A stretch of DNA of 20,000 nucleotides from Patellaria atrata CBS 101060. Taxonomy: Eukaryota. The notes below the pieces were generated by a model. That model did not search any database, was not told the origin of the DNA, and saw only the letters and a program-made list of their open reading frames with translations. The stretch spans positions 3,565,017 to 3,585,016 of the forward strand of contig MU006089.1 of assembly GCA_010093705.1 (NCBI GenBank), given 5' to 3'. Both the position numbers and the translations under genes were made by a program. Each line of letters starts with the position of its first letter. The stretch's first letter is position 1. Below, piece after piece: positions 19,897-20,000 of this stretch.

Positions 19897-20000
19897 TCAC
19901 GTGATTTGGACGTTTGGACGTTTGGACGTTTTGGTCGCAGAAAACGACCAAACGACCGAACGACCAGAGCGACCAGGGAGGATCACATGACTTGGACGTT
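19897..20000. repeat. Composite 8-bp tandem/inverted repeat module, truncated by the window end
   Basis: TCACGTGA, then (TTTGGACG)x3 and TTTGGTCG, a 7-nt spacer, then four reverse-orientation units CGACCAAA, CGACCGAA, CGACCAGA, CGACCAGG. The module appears to restart at 19983 (TCACATGACTTGGACGTT). Confidence 0.85.

Noticed and set aside
1..20000. Prokaryotic-type systems (CRISPR, operons, IS elements) or a secondary-metabolite cluster
   Set aside because: The genes have spliceosomal introns. Neither repeat has unique spacers, and I see no transposase, reverse transcriptase, PKS, NRPS or terpene synthase motifs.

Overview
Eukaryotic DNA from a filamentous ascomycete (Pezizomycotina-type), judged from short GT-AG introns with CTRAY branch sites, so the bacterial-style ORF track fragments most genes. 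Six protein-coding loci can be reconstructed by hand-splicing. (1) A BTB/POZ-domain gene (+, 454-1568/1752) with a 12-bp tandem repeat encoding GFGQ/GYGQ and an apparent 1-nt frameshift near its 3' end. (2) A PAP2/DPP1-like lipid phosphate phosphatase (-) with a non-canonical third catalytic motif. (3) After a ~5.5-kb divergent gap, a BNI4-like PP1-targeting protein (+, 4 coding exons plus a probable 5'UTR intron). (4) TCTP/TMA19 (-, 4 exons). (5) SUR2 sphinganine C4-hydroxylase (+, 2 exons), head-to-head with TCTP. (6) An intronless 520-aa hypothetical protein (-). The right end holds a degenerate tRNA-like relic next to a TpA-rich patch, and an 8-bp tandem/inverted repeat module cut off by the window edge. 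This is mostly core-genome sequence and I see no clear new multi-gene system. The best leads are the BTB gene, the variant PAP2 active site, the TCTP-SUR2 pair and the terminal repeat module.
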